This document shows, piece by piece, positions 52,541-64,000 of a stretch of 64,000 nt of DNA. The stretch lies in the NCBI RefSeq assembly GCF_018350175.1, contig NC_058368.1:173168001-173232000 (forward strand). The letters are read 5' to 3'. The notes under the pieces are model-generated. The model was given only the letters and a program-made list of their open reading frames with translations. It had not been told where the DNA came from and did no database searches. This DNA is from Felis catus. Lineage: Eukaryota. How positions within the stretch are numbered: the first letter of the stretch is position 1; every line of letters starts with the position of its first letter. The position numbers and the translations under genes are program-made.

Positions 52541-52849
52541 GCATGTCTCCCTGTTCTGACTCCTCCCACTCATCAAGTATAACTATATCACAGGGATCTC
52601 ATGCTGAGAGTAGATATACAGAAATGCCCCAAATCCCTTTGGTGTGGTATTAAAGAGGTTAAATCTGAAAGCAGTTGAGATCTCACTAATATCCAGCATA
52701 CTTTTATCTCCAAGGAAGTCAACATTTGGTTAAACACAAAGAAGAGCCTTTTACCCACATTATGTAATTCTTGGTAAGTGATAACTTACCAAGCCCTCTT
52801 AACGAAGAACAGTTTGTCCTTAGCCCTACTTTTTCTCAAATACCTACAG
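52541..52849 (+). other. UIMC1: 309-nt GC-AG intron of UIMC1
   Basis: Begins GCATGT and ends CTACAG. No GT donor at this junction gives the RAP80 frame and peptide. Confidence 0.85.
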
Positions 52850-53583
52850 GCATATGGCAGCTGGTACCTCCATCACTGTTTAAAGGCTCACATATCAGTC
52901 AGGGAAACGAGGCTGAGGAAAGAGAGGAGCCTTGGGACCACACTGAAAACACTGAAGAGGAGCCGGTCTTTGGCAGCTCAGGAAGCTGGGATCAGTCAAG
53001 CCAGCCAGTGTTTGAGAATGAGAACGTTAAATGTTTTGACAGATGTATTGGCCACTTGGCTGAGCACACACAGTGTGGGAAGCCACAGGAAAGTACTGGG
53101 AGGGGTTGTGCTTTTCACAAAGCTGCCCAGGGTAGGGGGGACACATCTAGGCACTGTCTGCTTACCCAAGCAGATGCCAAAGGTCTCGATGTTGGGGGCA
53201 CTGTGCACTACTTCTGGGGTATTCCATTTTGCCCTGCTGGAGTAGACCCTAACCAATATACCAAGGTCATTCTCTGCCAGTTGGAGGTTTATCAGAAGAG
53301 CCTAAAAATGGCTCAGAGTCAGCTCTTTAAAAAAAAAGGGTTTGGGGAACCAGTGTTACCTAGACCTCCTTCTCTGATCCAGAATGAATGTGGCCAAGGA
53401 GATCAGGCTAGTGAAAAAAATGAAGACATCTCAGAAGATATGGGAGATGAAGACAAAGAGGAGAGGCAGGAGTCTAGGGCATCTGTCTGGCACTCAAAAA
53501 CCAAGGATTTCCAAGAAAGCCCAATTAAAAGCTTGAAAGAGAAACTTTTGTTGGAGGAAGAACCAACAACCAGTCATGGTCAG
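52850..53583 (+). CDS. UIMC1: UIMC1 coding exon 5 (734 nt): GIWQLVPPSLF...EEEPTTSHGQ, including the Abraxas-interacting region (VHYFWGIPFCPAGVDPNQYTKVILCQLEVYQKSLKMAQ)
   Basis: Lies in ORF 52771-53631. Acceptor tacctacag ends at 52849, donor gtaagg at 53584. Confidence 0.96.
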
Positions 53584-55194
53584 GTAAGGGTCAGTGATGC
53601 TGTGATTAAGGATGATTTATTCACAAGTTAAACAAGAATTATAGCTATTTGTTCTTTTTGTGGTCTTTTTTTCCTGATTTTAAAGTAACACATGCTCACT
53701 ATGGAGAATTAGGAAAGTACGGGAGAGTGTAAGGAAGAAAAAAAATTATCCATAATCTCAGCGCCAAGAGGCAATCATCATTATTTCTGTGCATTTTAAC
53801 ATGTTATTTTTAAATTTTTCAACAAAATGAGGACTCTTGTGTATAAGCTTTATTTCTTTTCCCCACTTAATAGTTTATCTTAAATCTTTTCTGATTCATT
53901 AAGTGTATTTGAAAACATTATTATATGGATGTGTCATAATTTATACTTTGTGTTTTAAAATTTTATTATTTCTAAAAAGTTAAGTTTTTGAATAGGTAAT
54001 AATATTCACATGGCCCAGAATTCAAAAAGATGTCAATGAAAAGTCTGTCACTTATCCCCTTCCCCAGCCAACCAGGTCCCTTCCCTCAAGTCAACCTATA
54101 TTGCTAGCTTCCGGTGTATTCTTCTAAGATATTTTATGTAGTACCAGCAAATGAGTATACATACTCTTTTTCCATACTCTACACATTATTCTGCACCTTG
54201 CTTTTTTCATTGAAATATTTCTGAGATTGTTCCATAACTGTACATAAGGAATTTCTTCCTTATTTTGGATGTGTAATACACTGTGTATGGATGAATTTTA
54301 TCCAGTGCCCCATTGGTTGACTTTTAGGTGTCTGATATTTTACAAACACTGTTGCACTGATTACTCTTGTATGAAGATGTTTCATCCACATGGGAGATAT
54401 TTGCATAATTTCTTGTAGATATAATTGGTGGATCAAAGGATATATGCATTTACAGTTTTGTTAGCTACTGCCAAATTGCCTTCCATAGATGTTGTATAAA
54501 TTTACACTCACAGCAGTGTATGAGTACCAGCTTCACTTAACCATACCAAATCAGTACTATTAGGACTTTTTGATCTTTGCCAATCTGAGGAATGAAAAAT
54601 ACTATCTCAATACAGTCTTAAATTGCTTTTCTTTTATTGTGTGTGCAGTTGAAACCCATTTATATTTCCTCTTCTGGCTGTTTAGATTTTATGGGCATTT
54701 TTCTTTTTCAACAGTTTTTTTTTCTTAGTGGTTTGTAGGCACCCTTTACATATTAGAGCAAGTGGTCCTTTTTAATAGGAAGGGTAGTTTTCCAGTTTAT
54801 TTCCCCCCCACATGATGGTATATTTTTTATTTTGCTTGTGCTGGTTTTCTATAATTTACCAAAAACAATCGCCTATTTGGGAACATTTAGGTTGCCTTTT
54901 CAGTTTTTTTTCTGATATATCTAGATTGTATTATATATCAAAGCTTATATTCTATTTTTTCTCTAGATATTATAAAAGCAATCATATAATTATAATATAC
55001 ATAGTTATATATTATACACAATATATAATTATAATGTATAAACCGAAAATTTAAATTTGGAGTATTCTTTTCTATGCGTATGCTGTTTGTTACTATTTTT
55101 ATTTTTGGGCTCTCAGTTTTTGGTTTTGTTTTGCTGTTATCCTATTCTGTCTCTTATGATAAGAGTTCAAGAAATGATTTTTTAGCTATGAGAA

Positions 55195-55425
55195 ATTTCA
55201 CAGCATAGTGTAGAGAACCTGGATTTGCAGTTTGAATTTTGACTTTTGTGTTTTAGTAACTGTATATCTTTGAGCAAGCTATTTAACCTTTGTGAATCTC
55301 AGTTTTACATCTGTAAAATGAGAATAGTAATTCATGTCTTACAGTAGTTTTAATGATTAAAGTGAATTATGTAAAATGTCTAGTATGATGCTTAGGAGAT
55401 TATAGGCACTCAGTAAATGGTAGTT
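55195..55425 (+). mobile_element. MIR
   Basis: MIR core 'ttgagcaagctatttaacctttgtgaatctcagttttacatctgtaaaatgagaatagtaat' and 'taggcactcagtaaatggtag'. Confidence 0.75.
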
Positions 55426-55967
55426 CTCTCTAAGGGACCAGAACAGCATTCATTGAAGGTACCTATGGGAATCATTCTTCCTCAGCAGCCTTCTTCATCC
55501 ACATTCTGGCAATTTTGCTGTAAGGGAAGGGAAAGTATTTTTCTTAACAATTCTTCTAGTGACTTACCTCTTTTCCAAAGGAAAGTTAGATTGTGCTTGT
55601 GATAACATGTTTGTTTGTTAGTTCTTTGTAATTCAGAGATACTTCCCCTTAAGAGAATAAATTAGCTCTATAAATGAACATTTATTTATTGTATTTGTTG
55701 ACTGATTGATTGTAATTCAAGTTGTTAGCTTGAAAATCCCAGGGACTAGAGTTGTAGAGCGTAGCCTTTTGTCAAGTTCTAAGGTTTGAAAGCAGCGACT
55801 TTGGAACAGCAGTGTATGAGTACCAGCTCAAGGATGATGGGGGCACTATACAGACTGAAGTTCTCTAACTTCCCTTAACCTGGCCACCAAATACTATAGA
55901 TAGTAAGTACTATTTGGCCACAAGCAATCAAATCAAGCTAGTTTAATTAAAAAAGAAGACTTTATCT

Positions 55968-58900
55968 CGGAGCGCCTGGGTGGCTCAGTTGGTTGAGTGT
56001 CCACCTTTGGCTCAGGTCATGATCTTGCAGTTTGTAGGTTTGGCCCCATGTTGGGCTCTGTGCTGACAGCTTGGGGCTGGAGCCTGCTTCAGTTTTTGTG
56101 TCTCCCTCTCTCTGCCCCTCCCCCGCTCTCACTCTGTCTCTGTCTCTCTCAAAAATAAATGGGAAATATTTAAAAAAAAAAAAAAAAGAGGACTTTATCA
56201 TGAGGAAACAGGGTGCCTCATAAATTCTAAAACAGGATGGTAACTAAGCGTGGAAAAGGTCTGGGATGTTATCTGTAATTTTTCTATATCTAATTGCTAT
56301 ATTGTGGTATCTGCTTTGTTTTTCTCCCTACATATTGGCTTTCTTGGCTTCTCTTTCACATTGGTAGGTGGAAGACACTGATCCTACAGATTCCAAACTT
56401 AAATGCAGGTTATAGAAGATTTATTCTCTTTCAGTTCCAATTTCAAATTCTAAGAAAGGACTTATGGCCCATTTGGGGTTAGTAGCCTTCACCAGCCCAG
56501 CTTACTGTGGCCTGATGTGTGGTCTGTGTCAAATTGTACAAGTGACTAAGTCCACTGCTATAATATAGTGGGAGGGGTGATGGACTGTCTTTAGCAAAAA
56601 AAGAGACCAGGCAGACAAACTAGTAAGTATCCATATAGTCACTGTCATTAACATTAATTTTAGAAATGACTTAAAACTGTTGAAAAATACTGAAAAGTTT
56701 AAAGAATAAAGTTGATAACATTCAGGGTCCTACCATCTAGTGATATACTCCTTCATCTTCTATACCTATTTTTGTACAGTGTCTATAATATTATATTTTT
56801 GTATTTTTATGTTAACATTATGTACACATTTTCTTATGATATTAAAATCATTTGTAGATTTCACTTTTTTAATGACTGCATAATAGTGTGGCTTATGAAT
56901 TTATCATAGTATTTTAACCCTTTTCATACTGCTAGATATTTTGGTTGTGATAAACATCTTTCTTTTTTTTTTTTAATTTTTTTTTTCAACGTTTTTTATT
57001 TATTTTTGGGACAGAGAGAGACAGAGCATGAACGGGGTAGGGGCAGAGAGAGAGGGAGACACAGAATCAGAAACAGGCTCCAGGCTCTGAGCCATCAGCC
57101 CAGAGCCCGACGCGGGGCTCGAACTCACGGACCGCGAGATCGTGACCTGGCTGAAGTCGGACGCTTAACCGACTGCGCCACCCAGGCGCCCCGATAAACA
57201 TCTTTCTTAAGTAAAACTTTGTTCTATTTAAAATTAGTGTCCTTAGGGGTAGGGAGCAAGAAAAATTCTGGGTTAAAGAGCTGCAAACATAAAAAAAGGT
57301 CTTACTATTTATTGCCAAGTTGCGTTTTGGAAAGGTTGCTCAAATGTGTACTCCTTCCTTACAGTAATGTATGAGAATGCCTAGGTCAGTCTTGCCAACA
57401 CAGAATAGGATCTGTAAAAAACAAAACAAACAAACTTGCAAATTTTATAGGCAAATAATGAAAATCTTACAGTTGTAATTTTACCACTTGGTTTTTTGCT
57501 TTTAGGAACTGTGGGTGGAAAGAATTTACATGTTTATTAAACATTTTCTATTGATTATGACTTTGCTGGAGCTGCCCATATATGAGACTCCTTGGTTGAT
57601 AGAGATAGCAAAAGATTTCTAGAAATAGGGACTTAAAAACACTCACTTTGAGGCAAATTGCTTTAGTATACATGAAGGTTTTAAAAGCTTTCGAATCAGA
57701 TAGCTAGTTTCTGGCATCACAGCAACAATAGAGAGGTTGTTAGTGAAGATGGAAAGATCATCTTGATGGCCATACAGCCGGGAGGTGGAGGAGTAGTATA
57801 TTGATGTGGTCGCTACTCTTCAGGGTCTGATCCTTAATTTTTCAGTCCAGATACTGGAATTTATTTTTCAGAAATGGCCAGATTATGTGGGGGTGTGAGA
57901 ACTGATGTTGACAAGTCAAACTTCAAGCTGACTTGTACACCAGATGACAGTTTGCTGATTTATTATGGAAGGTAGATGTTTTTGGTGACCAGAATATTCA
58001 GGTTCACCGTCCATTGAGCCTTCTTCTAGGATGAAGGTATCTGGAAGGCTGAAAATAGTAATCAGAAAATAGTAATTTTAATGGATGATGCAGCTAGTTT
58101 ATGGAAAGACCTGGTAAGCTACTAATACCTGGTAACAGAAGACATTTCTATAGTGACCAGATGATGTGTCTGTTAATTTTTACTTCCCAGGCCATGGTGT
58201 TGATGACACTGCTTGATTCTGAATTTTTGGATTTTTCTTTTTTAGATTCATATCACCCCTTTTTCATTAACATGTTATTTCTTCAGGTAGAATGCAGTGT
58301 CTTGATTAGGCCACAGCTTCCTTAAAGTTGTATTCATATCACGTGTCCCTGTTCACCTTGATTAGATTTGGGTATTCAAGTTTTGTTTGCTTATTTTGCT
58401 ATGTTATTTTCATATTCTGGAAGAACCTCACTTTATCCGTATGTTCAGAATGCTGCCGCAGAGGTGTAAGTTTAGAAATTAAAAATGATTTATTGATGGG
58501 TGCCTGGGTGGCTCAATCGGTTTAGCCTCCAACTTTGGCTTAGGCCATGATCTCACAGTTTGTGAGTATTGCATTGGGCTCTCTGCTTTCAGCGTGGAGC
58601 CTGTTTCAGATCCTCTGTCCCCCTTTGTCTCTGCCCCTCCCCTGCTGGTTCATCCTCTCTCGCTTGCTCACTCTCTCTCAAAAGAAATAAACTTGGGGGC
58701 GCCTGGGTGGTTCAGTCGGTTAAGCGTCCCGACTTCAGCCAGGTCACGATCTCGCGGTCCGTGAGTTCGAGCCCCGCGTCGGGCTCTGGGCTGATGGGCT
58801 CGGAGCCTGGAGCCTGTTTCAGATTCTGTGTCTCCCTCTCTCTCTGCCCCTCCCCCGTTCATGCTCTGTCTCTCTCTGTCTCAAAAATAAATAAATGTTA

Positions 58901-60793
58901 AAAAAAAATTAAAAAAAAAAGAAATAAACTTGAAGAAATGATTTATTGAAATGACATTTTTGAGATTCTGTGTTGAAATGATTGTAGGAGTATTACTTGA
59001 GTAAACAATATAACAGTAATGGTTAGAACATGGATTTTGGAGTCGGATTTCAGCTCCACTTTTGGCCAACTCTAATTTTGGGTAAATTATTTAACCTGTC
59101 AAAGTTTCACTTACCTCATTTCTAAAATAATAGTTTCTGCCTCACAAGGTTCTTATGAGGATTAAAGGAGATAATGCATTTTAAAGTGATTTGCATAGGC
59201 TTGGCACATAATAGGCGTGTAATAATTAAAACAAAACACTGAGAAAGGTAGGTATGCTTTTAGTCTAAGGTAGAGGTGCAGGTATCTTTTAACTTAATTG
59301 CCTTGATTGATTCTGAAGCTCAAGTTTATTCAACTAGTCCTTCTAAGAGAGTAAAATCTACTAAATGGACACTAGGTGTCAGTATTTACCTTTTTAAATT
59401 TTTAAAAAAATTTTAGTAATCAGTGTTTCGTCACTACTGATTTCAAACAAATACTCAGGTGACTATTTATTGCTGTCGTATTTTAGTCCTTTTGTCCGTT
59501 TTGTTTAACCCTCATTTTTCATGATGATTGCATTCCTGATCATTGTACAGCTTTATCTTTCCTTTGAATGAAGTTTCATCTCAGCTATTTCTGTTTTTTA
59601 GTATATTTTATCATTTACCTGACTGGTACAGAGATGCTTAGCTTGTTTAGGTTATTTTTATCCTGTTAGGAGACCCTGAAAACTACAGCCAGTAGCTTTA
59701 TATCTATTGGAAGAAGCCTTACAGCTCAGGCCCTTCTTCAGAAATTTCCCTAAGGCAGCTGTGCTCTTAGGGAAGTTTCTGTGCTCTTATGTGCACCTAC
59801 ATTTAATGAGTTGACATTTGTACCAACTTTACTATTAATCATAGAAAATAATCTTTTTTTAATCTAATCCCTATTTGTTACATTTTTTAAATTAAAATTT
59901 TCCTTAACATTTATTCATTTTTGAGAGAGAAAGATAGAGTGTGAGTAGGGGAGGGGCAGAGAAAGACGGAGACACAGAATCCCAAGCAGGCTCCAGGTTC
60001 TGAGCTGTCAGCATAGAGCCCAACGTGGGGCTTGAGCCCACAAACTGTGAGATCCATGACCTGAGCCAAAGTCCACAGCTTAACCGACTGATCCACCTAG
60101 GCGCCCCTTTTTTGTTACATTTCTTGAAAGATATCCCTGTAGCCAGATATTAAAACGATAGTGGCAGATTTGTAGCAAAAGGAACCTTTATAACCTTCCT
60201 GTTGGGATGGTCTGTTTTATGACGTGGTTGTACTTAGAGAGACATCTTTTACAGATTGTATTGTTTTTTGCAACAGAATATGTCCATTGGAAACTGGGCT
60301 TTTCTCTGTATTTTCTCTATCCACAACAAAAGCTTTATAATTTTTTTGATGTTATGTATTTAAAAAAATTTTTTTTAATGTTTATTTTTGAGAGAGAGAG
60401 AGAGAGAGAGAGCGTGAGCGAGTAAGGGGCAGAGAGAGGGAGACACAGAATCCAAAGCAGGCTCTAGGCTCTGAGCTGTCAGCACAGAGCCCGATGCAGG
60501 GCCTGAATGCGTGAACCATGAGATCCTGGACCTGACCTGAAGTCAGATGCTTAACCGACTGAGCCACCCAGGCACCCTGTTACGAATTTTTTTTTTAAGT
60601 TTACTTATTTATTTTGAGAGAGACAGTGCAAGCCGGGGAGGGGCAGAGAGAGACGGAAATGAGACAGAGGATCTGAAGCAGGCTCTGCACGCTAACAGCA
60701 CAGAGCCCAATGCAGGGCTTGACCTCATGAACTGTGAGATCATGACCTGTGCCAAAGTCAGATGCTTAACTGACTGAGTCACCCAGATGCTCC
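55968..60793. mobile_element. Can-SINEs at ~55968-56188(+), young 56963-57192(-, TSD gataaacatctttct), 58498-58680(+) with young 58695-58920(+) in its tail (TSD aaaagaaataaactt), 59900-60106(-), 60362-60577(-), 60585-60793(-)
   Basis: Consensus bodies and TSDs. Confidence 0.88.
59005..59225 (+). mobile_element. MIR
   Basis: 'ttgggtaaattatttaacct...ctcatttctaaaataatagt...cctcacaaggttcttatgaggattaaaggagataatgca'. Confidence 0.75.
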
Positions 60794-61180
60794 TGTAATT
60801 GCTTTTTTGAAATCATAATTCATTTGACTCACAATATTCATATGTCTTACATTTTACAAAGTACATCATACATATTTTTAAATTCTCACAATAATGCTCT
60901 GTGAGGCCGTCATTAATACCCGTTTTAAGATGAGGAAACAGATTGAGATGTGACTTATCCTAGATTACAGAGTTGATGTGTGATCCACTTGGGATCTAAA
61001 ACCCAGTGTTCTCACTCCATAGGATGTGCTCTTTTTACTGAAACTTACTTATGTAAAATGTTTTATTCTTATTGCTAATTGCTGATTAATAGTGTTGAGC
61101 AATTAATTTTATTTTTTTAAAAGAGGACAAACCAGTTCATCTGTGCCTATATATTTAGGATGTTATATATTTCTTTGCAG

Positions 61181-61245
61181 TCTTCCCAAGGGCTTTTTGT
61201 TGAAGAAACTTCTGAAGAAGGAAACTCTGTACCTGCCTCACAAAG
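61181..61245 (+). CDS. UIMC1: UIMC1 coding exon 6 (65 nt): SSQGLFVEETSEEGNSVPASQ+AG
   Basis: Acceptor ttctttgcag, donor gtaagt at 61246. Phase 0 to 2; contains SQ motifs. Confidence 0.94.
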
Positions 61246-63256
61246 GTAAGTTTATATGTTGTTATGTGTCTGAATTCTCTGATGGTGCCAGAATAAGAGA
61301 GATGAACGACATTAGTGAGACTGTATAGGGACAGCTTGTCAGGGATCTTTTAGCTCCTTTATAAACACAAACCAAGAGAGATTATTATCATCCAGTTCTC
61401 AAATATGTATCTCATAGAAGTCTAGAATATTAGAGTGTAAGAGACTTTTTTTTTGTCCAGCCATCTTGGCTCATATCCCATTTATACCATTCCTGAATAG
61501 TGTTTACATCCTGCTACTCTTATAACTATTCTAGCTTCCTATGCCAATTTGAAAGCTCTAGATTTTTTTAGTCCTTCTAGACCACCTGTCCTCTTTCTTT
61601 ATTCCCTTTTGCTTATTTTATCTGCATATTCAAATTGTATACATCTTTTAAGGCTATTCTTGAGACTTGTTTTTTATTATTCATATTATTCAGGTCACAG
61701 AGAATATGTGTCACTCTCACTTCCTGTCCTTTGCCACTTTTAATGTCTTTCATTTTTTCCTTAAATTGCTGTGTTTGTATTACCTCCTCAGTTATTCTTG
61801 CTGATTGATTGATTGATGGGGTTACCTTCTTAAGTTTTCTCACCTTAATAATATATAGTGGTTGGTTGGTTACAAACTGCATTATCAACTGGATCAGGTT
61901 TTCAATTACTTTTCCCTTTTATCTGGTAGTTGACCTTTGGGGATTACTGTAGAGCTTAATTTTGTGTTGAGTGACCTTCATCTCTCATGTGGAAGTTGAG
62001 GCGCTATTACCATTTGCTGTAATTTGGTGGTGGTTCTTGGGCTTTTGGTTAAGTTGATAGTAGGAGATATTTCTTCCTGAGTTGAAGAATAATGGTTTTG
62101 GTTTGATTCTCCTGCTGTTAAGACAATTTTGGAAGTGGTTTTAACTGGAGCAGGCCTTCTGCTTCTGGCAGGTCCCTGTGCTTTGTTGTGGTGAGCCTTG
62201 TGCAGAGCAGATGTAAGTTTTAATAAATGATTATACGCTTTGTCACCAGGAGAGAGTTGGAATTGCAGGCAATGTGGTTTGACTTCAAATTGATTAGCCC
62301 ATTTTATAAATGTCAGCAAATTGTTTTGTGATGGACCCTTTGAATAGAGCCCTAATGTTACCTGCAGAGTAAACTGTGTCTGGCTGGAGTTTATAACAAA
62401 TGTTACTAGATGTTTTATTTAGAGAGAGAAATCACTTGTGGTTTCCTATTAGGATTTAGTTATTTATCATGGACCAGTGATGGTTAGTCTCTCTTCTCTG
62501 TGGTTCTTGGTTGATGTGGGGTTGTATGTTTTTAAGCGTCCTCTTGCATACTTGATCAAACAATCATAAAGCTCTGTGAAGCATGAGGAGGGTAGCTCAG
62601 ATGCTCAGATTTCTCATCCATGTGTTCCTGTGTCAGAAGGAGATTACACTCCATGGACAAGCAGGATAAACTAGAAGTTTGATGGGAGTGATTCATAATT
62701 ATGTTACTCTCAGAAGAGCATTTCAACTTGTATGGGCAGGTCTTTACTATAGGGCAGTTTGGAATTACATTTTTTTTGTTGGTTGGAAAAAGCCACATCT
62801 TGAGATAAAGAGGAAATTTAACTGCAAGGTGAGGGAAAAGCTAGTGTGTTGTTAGGAGAATCTCCATATTTTCTCTTATGAGTTTACAAATCTCTAACCT
62901 TCAGAAGGCTGAGGTGGAGGCTATAAAACACCATTGACATTCTTACATTGGAGTGGAGTTTTTGTCTTCCTTGGTATTCACAGATAGTCCTTACCCTTCA
63001 ACTTTCCTTTGTAAAGATTCCAAAAGGGGGTTCTTTTGGTTCAGTGATTTCACTGCAACCAGAGTTGTAAGCATGTTTGTTTTCCTCATTTCTGACCTGG
63101 AGTTTTCACTACCAATTCCTTGCTCCCCTGTTGTGCAAGTGGTATCAAATGGCAGGTATAGATTACCTGTGGCCTTGTAAATGACTCACCATTGCTTTTG
63201 GCCTTGTGTTCTAATTTGGTTCACTGGGATTCACTTAAGGTTTGGTTCTTTTTCAG

Positions 63257-63333
63257 CATTGCTGCTTTGACCAGTAAGAGAAGTTCAGTCCTTATGCCAG
63301 AGAGTTCTGCAGAGGAAATCACTGTGTGTCCTG
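63257..63333 (+). CDS. UIMC1: UIMC1 coding exon 7 (77 nt): (S)IAALTSKRSSVLMPESSAEEITVCP+G; the gene continues beyond the window
   Basis: Acceptor ttctttttcag, donor gtaagc at 63334. Phase 2 to 1; MPESSAEEITVCP matches RAP80. Confidence 0.94.
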
Positions 63334-63467
63334 GTAAGCACTTCACTGATTTTACTCAATCTGATCCTTAGCTATCTTACCTTTTTGTGCCAATTAATTT
63401 TTCTGACTTTTCCAGCCCATTCTCAGGAGGTTTATGTGTGATTGATGTATGTGTGTATATCTCCTCC

Positions 63468-63485
63468 GTATATATATACATATAC

Positions 63486-63518
<33 letters not shown>

Positions 63519-63600
63519 TATATACACATATATATACACACACATATATGCACACACATATATATACACACACACACATACACATACGTATACGTACGCA
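63468..63600. repeat. Compound (TA)/(CA) alternating purine-pyrimidine repeat
   Basis: Direct reading. Confidence 0.93.
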
Positions 63601-64000
63601 CTCACTTTTTTAATGGACATTGGCTCTGATTCTTCATCTTCACTTAGAGCTATTTTAGTTTTGAAATTAATATGGCTCTTTTGTCTACTTGTTTGCTTAC
63701 CAACCTCATCAGATATGACAGCAAAACATCAGGAATAGCATTTAACTGTACATTGAGAGGCAAGAGGACTTCATATTTTGGTTTATGGGTTCTCCAAATT
63801 GGACTTTCCTCAAATATGCCTGTCATTAAACAGATTTTTCTCAGAGCCTTTTACTATTTTTATATACCATTTACTCATTGCAGAGGGAGTCCAGAAATTG
63901 AATTTTGTGTACAGTTCTGTCATTGACTTATTTTTAATTTCAGATAAGACATTTAACGTAGTTAAGCACTGTACTTTGCTTTTTGTTAATTGTAGAGATG

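Noticed and set aside
52778..53256. Overlapping alternative-frame (155 aa) and antisense (86 aa) ORFs
   Set aside because: Shadows of the real exon; no recognisable protein or splice context.
52771..53631. 286-aa ORF as a stand-alone gene
   Set aside because: It is UIMC1 coding exon 52850-53583 plus in-frame intronic flanks, and it starts at TTG rather than ATG.
58158..58225. Possible intronic C/D snoRNA (atgatg...ctga)
   Set aside because: Imperfect C box, no terminal stem, no recognisable guide sequence.
57480..58490. Unique-looking, more GC-balanced intronic stretch as a hidden exon or retrocopy
   Set aside because: No recognisable peptide in the frames I read and no paired splice sites, poly(A) or TSD; a database search would be needed.
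1303..60777. Recurring short ORFs such as MAQSVK...AQSLEPASDSVSPSL and GRGRERGRHRI
   Set aside because: Translations of Can-SINE consensus sequence in various frames.
63377..63738. Cluster of overlapping ORFs
   Set aside because: Translations of the TA/CA dinucleotide repeat.

Overview
This is mammalian genomic DNA from a felid, judged by abundant young feline Can-SINE/SINEC_Fc copies and carnivore L1 3' ends. The window lies inside UIMC1 (RAP80, the ubiquitin/SUMO-binding subunit of the BRCA1-A complex) on the + strand. Seven coding exons splice in frame into 1339 nt (446 codons + 1 nt) covering the NLS, SIM, tandem UIMs and Abraxas-interacting region. The promoter, non-coding first exon and zinc-finger exons are outside the window. 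Introns hold roughly 60 Can-SINEs (mostly antisense), nested L1 fragments, three LTRs, MER3, MIR/L2 remnants and microsatellites. Almost all short ORFs in the track are repeat artefacts. Main observations: (1) the 309-nt GC-AG intron at 52541-52849 looks like decayed former RAP80 coding sequence (intronization); (2) an antisense, 5'-truncated PSIP1/LEDGF-p75 retrocopy at ~20594-22997; (3) two independent ~630-bp L1 3' fragments with the same 5' breakpoint; (4) a SINE variant with a tandemly amplified B-box unit; (5) several small retrotransposition or repair scars. Repeat family names and orthologue comparisons are from recognition, not database searches, and repeat boundaries are approximate.
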